Shown: piece by piece, positions 58,001 to 64,000 of the stretch | Layout: every line of letters starts with the position of its first letter | How positions within the stretch are numbered: the stretch's first letter is position 1 | Assembly: GCA_964234715.1 (NCBI GenBank) | Contig: OZ174280.1 | Reading direction: 5' to 3' (one strand) | Source: Podarcis melisellensis | Taxonomy: Eukaryota | DNA: 64,000 nucleotides | The notes under the pieces: generated by a model | The model's database searches: none | The model's input: the letters and a program-made list of their open reading frames with translations, nothing else | Told to the model about the DNA's origin: nothing | Program-made: the position numbers and the translations under genes

Positions 58001-60137
58001 GAATACCACCCACCACCCACATTGTGATCCCCATGGTCTCACCAAGAGAATGAAAATAGGCCACTTCACTCAGCACAACCACATGAGCTAGAGGGTCTGG
58101 ATGCAGCTCCCGGAAGACTTCTGTGCAGCGCGCCACGTCTAGTTGTTTGCGGCCAAACACATGAAGCACGGGCAGCTTGCGGCAGGGACTCAAGCAGGCA
58201 GGGCCGTAGTGCACCACAGCCTCAGCGCCCACGTGCTCTGCTGCCACTTCATCCACGCAACAGCTAAAGAAAAGCAACAGCATTAGCTATGGAGGGCAGC
58301 ATTCCTCAAAACACCTACCACCTCTATCACACAGAAAAATGCTTCCTTTGTAGTTACCATTGTAGAGACTGGATTTCCCCTGTCACTAGCTCACTCAGCA
58401 TGCAAGGAGCCCCAGGCCTGACAGCAGATGGGAAAAATACTCTGTTACCAACACCCAAAATGCAGGAACTGGGGAGCAACTAATGATCCCAAAGTCCTAC
58501 TCTCTTGTCATAAATAGTACCCCCACCCCAGCTGAGGCAGTCAAGAGACTGCTGAACATCCAGAGGCTGACATATTACTACAGAACCCCTTGAAAATGCA
58601 AGCCTGCAGTATAGTCCTATGCATGTTCTCAGCACTAAGTTCCATGTTTTCAATGAGGCTTACTCCCAAGTGTCTATAGGACTACGGCCTGAGCTTCTAT
58701 CATGTGTTTATGTGGAAGGAGGTTCCTGCTGTGACCTCACCTGCCGTATGATGTGTCCCCCAGAATGTACATTTTGGCACCAGTTGCTGCTTCCATCTTG
58801 CTAGCAAGGCTTGCTGAATCTGGCAAGAGTTCATCGGGAAACTGAAGAGCAACCTACAAAACAAACCCAAGATAATTATTCAGTACATGTCCATTGTACA
58901 CAGCTAGCAGTACTGTGGGTTTCCTGGGGAATTAGGCTTTGAAGAAAAAGGTCCCATCCACATGGACAGGATTTTTTCTTGTAAGTCTAATTGCCATGGG
59001 GGGAGGGGTTTGAAGGGTGAGGGTGGCAGCACTGGGGAGAGGGTTAATTTACCCCCCCCCCCAATCTGCATTGTGACTCCCTCAAAAACCTACATACTGA
59101 GCGAAATGAATTTCCTCTAAGCTTAATTGCAGCAGGGAAGGGCAAAGAGCAAAAGCAAAAAAAGGAGGAAGAATGGGTGGGGAGAGAGAATAGAATGGAT
59201 GGACATACATGTGTAAGCAGTGATGTGGGTTTGCCAGTCAATTCTGAACTGGAACAAAATCCTTTGAAAATTAGGATAGTGTGAACAGGGCAATATGTGA
59301 TGCCCTAGAACACTGGCCTTCAACAGGTGTACTTGGACCCACTGGTGCGTCACGGCCTGATCCAAGATGGGTCACAACAGGAGCATAACCACCATGCAAA
59401 TATATGATAAAAGATTAAGAAATAGTTTTCCATATGTATGTTGGGGTTAAAAGTGGGTCCTGGGTCTGAAAAGGTTGAAGAATACCTGCCTTAGAGAAGG
59501 GTCTAATTTGGTATTTTTATTTTACTTGTATTTAGCAAACAAGAGCTAAAAACTTGAAACTGCCAAGTTTGCCTAATGCTGTATTTGCAACTAGCATCCA
59601 TTCATTGTTGATCGTGACCTTATGAAACATATTTTTTCCTTGTAGAAAAATAAAGCACCAGAAAGTCCACCTCACATCACTGGTGAAAAGGAAAAGGTGG
59701 GGGGAGAAGAGATGTACCCCAGCTCTCCCATCGCTGGCATGTTCCCCCTGGGAGATATGGCCCTTGGGGAGGATTCCACATCTCTGCCTTAAATACTGTA
59801 GTGTGTGAGCTGCTTCTACATATTTATTTGTTTGACATACTTGGAAAACAAAACTTTTTAAAAGTCCCCCATATTTAGTGCCCCAATACTTGATTATTTG
59901 GGGCGGGGATGTCCACTAACTCTAGGGGAAGAACTGACATTCATGCCTGTAGCTTTCTGGCAAAAGGGCAAACTACTGTCTCACCTTAGTGAAGCCATTA
60001 TCAGATACAAATGCAGCTGCTCTCTCCAGTTCATAGAACTCTTCCAGCCTGGTGGTTGGGGGACGTCCACTTGCTTCTGCAGGAATCACGGCCCGCTGCA
60101 TAACTTCAGCACCATCACTGCTGAATGCTGTTGCCAT
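54962..60137 (-). CDS. DPH2: Diphthamide biosynthesis protein 2, complement(join(54962..55086,55475..55657,56571..57203,58043..58263,58741..58853,59985..60137)), 475 aa
   Basis: GCCACCATGG start; motifs [63 protein letters not shown]...[12 protein letters not shown]; phases consistent; 1428 nt. Confidence 0.96.
55475..55657 (-). CDS. DPH2: DPH2 coding exon 5
   Basis: GACEH...SLITGELR...AESSPA. Confidence 0.93.
56571..57203 (-). CDS. DPH2: DPH2 coding exon 4
   Basis: DNLAALL...DFRHLLP. Confidence 0.95.
58043..58263 (-). CDS. DPH2: DPH2 coding exon 3
   Basis: [10 protein letters not shown]...AYFHSL. Confidence 0.95.
58741..58853 (-). CDS. DPH2: DPH2 coding exon 2
   Basis: [10 protein letters not shown]...LGDTSYGS. 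Confidence 0.95.
59985..60137 (-). CDS. DPH2: DPH2 first coding exon
   Basis: [15 protein letters not shown]...[17 protein letters not shown]; AAG|gtgaga. Confidence 0.92.
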
Positions 60138-60484
60138 GGTGGCCTATATCCAAACTAAAGTACAAAAATACAAGGTGATGCTCGTCCGCATAGCAATATC
60201 CCACTACTAGCAAGATGCTGGATGAGAATGGTCGTGAGCGTCAGTTCTCCAAGGTCACATTTACAGGATCATATTCTATATTAATCAGTAGGGAACCGAC
60301 ATAGCTAAAACCCTTTGTATCCATGCTTCTAATCACTAACACTGATTAGAATGCCTCCTTCATTCAGAAACATGCACTGAAATGGGGTTGCAGAGACACA
60401 AGAAAATGGCACTGAAGCGGCTTGGGAAACAGAAGAACTCAGGAAGGCTCCTTACACAAAGACAGACCACCGGTCTCTCTAGTT

Positions 60485-60620
60485 CAGGGATAGGCAAACT
60501 CGGCCCTCCAGAAGTTTTGAGACTACAATTCCCATCATCCCTGACCACTGGTCTTGTTAGCTAGGGATGATAGTTGTTGTAGTCCCAAAACATTTGGAGG
60601 GCCGAGTTTGCCTATGCCTG
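60485..60620. mobile_element. Palindromic 136-bp hAT MITE in the predicted DPH2 5' UTR intron
   Basis: CAGGGATAGGCAAACTCGGCCCTCCA ... TGGAGGGCCGAGTTTGCCTATGCCTG; perfect TSD CTCTAGTT. Confidence 0.92.
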
Positions 60621-60797
60621 CTCTAGTTCCATGTTGTCAAGAGGACTGACTGGCATTTCGGGCAGAAGCATTTCTCAACCTTACCTGGAACTGCCAGGAA
60701 TTGAATCTGGAACCCCTTTGCACGCAAAACAATTGTATCCCCCCGCCCGCCATAAGAAACATTAACTACTGTGCCCCATTACTGCCACTCTACTCAC

Positions 60798-60900
60798 CTA
60801 GAGGACCCCCCAACATCCACCACATGGCCACCAATACACTTCCTGGGTGGAGTTAAAGGCACCCAATGAGAACGCCACGCTCCTTTCCCTATCGGAATGC
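60798..60900 (-). other. DPH2: Predicted DPH2 5' UTR first exon (5' end uncertain)
   Basis: Donor TAG|gtgagt at 60798/60797; matching acceptor tttgtactttag| places the next exon start at 60154, 17 nt before the ATG. Confidence 0.6.
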
Positions 60901-61700
60901 GTCTTTTTTCTATCGCTTCGCTTCTCTTTCTCTCTCCTACGTCATTAGCGGGAAGCTTTGCAGCCAATAAAAGATCCCGACACAGCAAGGCCCTCGGAAA
61001 GTAGAAGAAACGGGAAGCCTATCAGCGCGCTGCATTGTGGGGGTTGGAGTTTCGCCTTCCTCCCATCCGACCAATCATCCCAGCCGGCGAGAGGCGTCAG
61101 ATAAACCTCGTCTGGTCACGTGGAGCGTGGTTCCCGTCATTCTGTGGGTCAGGTGATTCCCGGTCGCGTTCAGTCCGTGTTGAGGACCCGCCGCCGCCCG
61201 CCGCCATGTCCGGTCTCGCGCTGCTGTATTCGGGACTGGGGCTGACCGCGGCCGCCACCATCACCGGCATCGGTTAGTGCTTTGAACGGGGAGCTGGGAG
61301 CGCCGCTGCGAGGGCCAACGCCGCTTTGCCGAAGTCCTCCTCTCCCCTCCTTTCGCCGGGGCTGTGTGCGGTTATACGCAAAGGAAATGGCTGTGGGAAT
61401 TGGCTTGTCGTGGGCGGGCGGGGGGCGCAGGGCGCGAGGAAGCACACTTGGGGCGCTGGGGGTGGGATGCCGCCCTCCAGGCCCAGCGAATGTTTTTGGG
61501 TGCTTCTTGATCCGCGGTGCTGCCTTGCCCTACCCTAGTTTGCCCGTCAGGCTGTTCTCGGGGTTGGGGGGCGAGGCGACATCCCTGCTGAGGGGAGACT
61601 CGCATCCTCCTGCTTGCGCGGGGAGAGCCGTTTTGTCTTCAGGGGGTGGTCCGGAAGATACTGTACTTGGTTCTCCTTGTCCATGACCTTCTCATAGGGA
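60860..61700. promoter_or_regulatory. Bidirectional CpG-island promoter shared by DPH2 and ATP6V0B
   Basis: Head-to-head genes; CLEAR/E-box GTCACGTGGA at 61115-61124 and variant GTCAGGTGAT at 61148-61157; CCAAT boxes near 60863, 60964 and 61071; CRE/ATF-like TACGTCA at 60938-60944. Confidence 0.75.
61206..61272 (+). CDS. ATP6V0B: V-type proton ATPase c'' proteolipid subunit, exon 1 (rest of gene outside the window)
   Basis: gccATG TCC; MSGLALLYSG matches the recalled human MTGLALLYSG; 67-nt phase-1 exon with G|gttagt donor; synteny with DPH2. Confidence 0.85.
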
Positions 61701-64000
61701 AGGTTTCCGGAGGGGCCCTCGCATGTGGGTTTCCCACGGCAGGCCCCACCTCTTGTCGTTCTCCACATCCTTGGTCTCAAAAATAAAAATAGTTTAAGAG
61801 GCGACTCCAGACTTCCACCATATTGGGCTCTGTGGTGCTCAGTTTGCTTCCTCATCTGTGAAAGCAGCGAAAAGGCGAGGGGTGGGGAAAGGCTTTCTTA
61901 ATGGCTGTTCAGTGCTAGTTGTGAATTTTGATGCTGTGCACACCAATGGCATTTTGATGTCTGAAAGTAGATCAAAAGAAGTGCATTTGGAGGAACTTTC
62001 TGAAAGTGCAGTGTTGTTTCCTTTTTTTATGTGGTGAAATTTGAGCAAGGCCTAGAGGTTGTAGCCTTGGAACCAGGGGACCTGTGGCAGAGTCGGAAGC
62101 TGCTGTCCCTTGGTTATCTTTAGTATCAAAGCAATTGCACTTTAATGAACTCCTGACTAGCTACGTAAATGTTTATACATTGACAGGATTACTGGGTCTT
62201 AATGTTGATATTGTATATATCTTTTCCTTCACTACCAAACATTGATTTCATTGTTCATCATGGTTTCGATGTTAACCATCCTAGCATTGGTAAGAAGTTC
62301 TGCATGTTTTTGGGTGAAGGAGACTTGGCTCACCAATAGTCTGGATTCATTCTTGCTGGAGAGATATTTCCATTTTCTGGTAGTCTCTACATTTGTTCAG
62401 GTGATAATTTGTTCTTGGTGAGCCCATGCAGGTATGCTGTGTCCTTATTCTAAACAAGGAACAATTCAGAAAGTCCTCCATCATGAGTTGAATGACATAT
62501 TTGTTCTTGTATTGTGTGGTTGCAATTTATTGGGAACCAAAAAAGCGTTAACACTGTTGGGGGAAATGTGATGAACCATGCAAAAGGTGCACAGTGGACT
62601 CTTCCCCCCCCTTCAGTTTGTTTTGTCAACAAGCTTTGGAGCAGTTGTCCTACAACAGTCCTGTCCCAGCTCTCTGGGAGCTGTTGGTGGCTTCAACTGG
62701 ATTAGCCCAGATGATTTGGTTAAGACTTCACCAGTCAGGGTTGAGGAATGACAAACAGCAAACTAAGCTCTGACCTTCTGATTGAAACTCAGCTTCTTTA
62801 AGGTCATTTTACCAATTGGACACAGACCTTGCTTAGAAGCAGAGAGTTTCTTACTGGTTCCTGTTGGGACTAAGCAGTCTGCTCACGTATACCACTCTAC
62901 TCAAACAGTACTCCATTTCCTTTTCTCCTTCATTATATCTTATTTGCAGCTAGGGTTCTTCTGCCCCTCCCCTCCTCTTTTTGCAACTTTTCCAGTGGTA
63001 AGTGTGACTCTTAGTTCCCCTTTCAGATCAGCATGGATGGGAAGAACAGAACTTCTCCTTTTCTAGCCATGATTACTACAGCTGTACCAGGGAGGACATT
63101 AACATTTTCCTTTCTTTTCAGTAGGATGTGAGCATAGATGCCTCATGGTGGGTCTCTGAGTATCGCCCTGTCTTGGCTTCTGTGGACCCTGAACCAAGCA
63201 TGGTTCTGTTATTACTCTGGGACATTCATGCACCTCAGTTTTGTCAGACTGGTGGCTGGGGACTGTGGCCAGGAAGGAATGTGCTCCAAGTCATGAGACA
63301 TCTGTCCCAAAATGTGAGAAGCTATTTGACTTATAGATGGGCTACATAGGTAGAAATACCTTACCCCATCCCAATATGTATGTGGAAGGGACAATGAAGA
63401 ACTCTTTCCTATAACAGTACTTCAGTGTTCTGCCTCATGACTAAACTTATTGGAGAGGAAGCAGAGCGGAGCACCACTTGAATGAATAAATGATGTATGT
63501 AACCGTACTCAGGGGGGGTAGCCTGTCATTTGACCTTGCTACTATAGGGAAGAAGCAGTGTGATGAATGGAGGTTTATTCACTGTGCTGTCTCTTCTTTT
63601 TTATGGTAGCTTGGGGTAGCTGTTGTTGCAAAACAGGGACTTAACTTCTCAGATGTGATTGAATGATTAATAACTTTGAAGAGTCTTAAAAGTTTTGGAT
63701 CTTAACCTTTAGGATCACAATCTTTAATGTGAAGGATTTACTGAAATGGTATTCTCTCTAGGTTTTATGCTCGAAACACTGTTCCATTTTTATTTTTTCA
63801 TCATTGTTAAACAATTAATAAGATCAGTTGTACAGGCCAATTCTCAAAGCATCAGCAGAATCATGGCTTCACTGGTCAGTTTGCTGTTGTGCCAACTCTA
63901 CTTTGTGTAATAAACTACACTTAACTTGGTTTTCCATAGTGTCTGCTAACAATTTTGGGACTTTGTATGGGTTGTCTGGGGGGTGGGGAGTTAATTTCCC

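Noticed and set aside
63750-63800. Acceptor-like tctctctag|g as ATP6V0B exon 2
   Set aside because: The downstream sequence does not encode the expected CYTIFDLGFRFDVAW-like peptide; exon 2 appears to lie beyond the window

Overview
Vertebrate genomic DNA from a squamate, most likely a lacertid lizard judging by its SINE/MITE families. It covers the syntenic block ARTN(+) - IPO13(+) - DPH2(-) - ATP6V0B(+, exon 1 only). I rebuilt the spliced CDSs by hand with GT-AG junctions and consistent phases: ARTN 3 coding exons/234 aa, IPO13 20 exons/960 aa, DPH2 6 coding exons/475 aa. Introns hold hAT and Tc1/mariner MITEs, tRNA-derived SINEs and CR1/L1/L2 fragments, several of them nested. Almost all other ORF-track entries are spurious. 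No clearly novel gene system is visible. The best leads are regulatory and all need RNA-seq, Ribo-seq or conservation tests: (1) candidate stop-introducing splice routes around IPO13 exon 15 and an in-frame 69-nt cassette next to the Mago-Y14-binding KR motif; (2) in-frame uORFs separated from both the IPO13 and DPH2 start codons by a single TAG; (3) DPH2 lying head-to-head with ATP6V0B on a CLEAR-box promoter, unlike human; (4) a palindromic hAT MITE family carrying the same ZNF143/THAP11 core motif as the IPO13 promoter. Human comparisons are from memory, not database searches.
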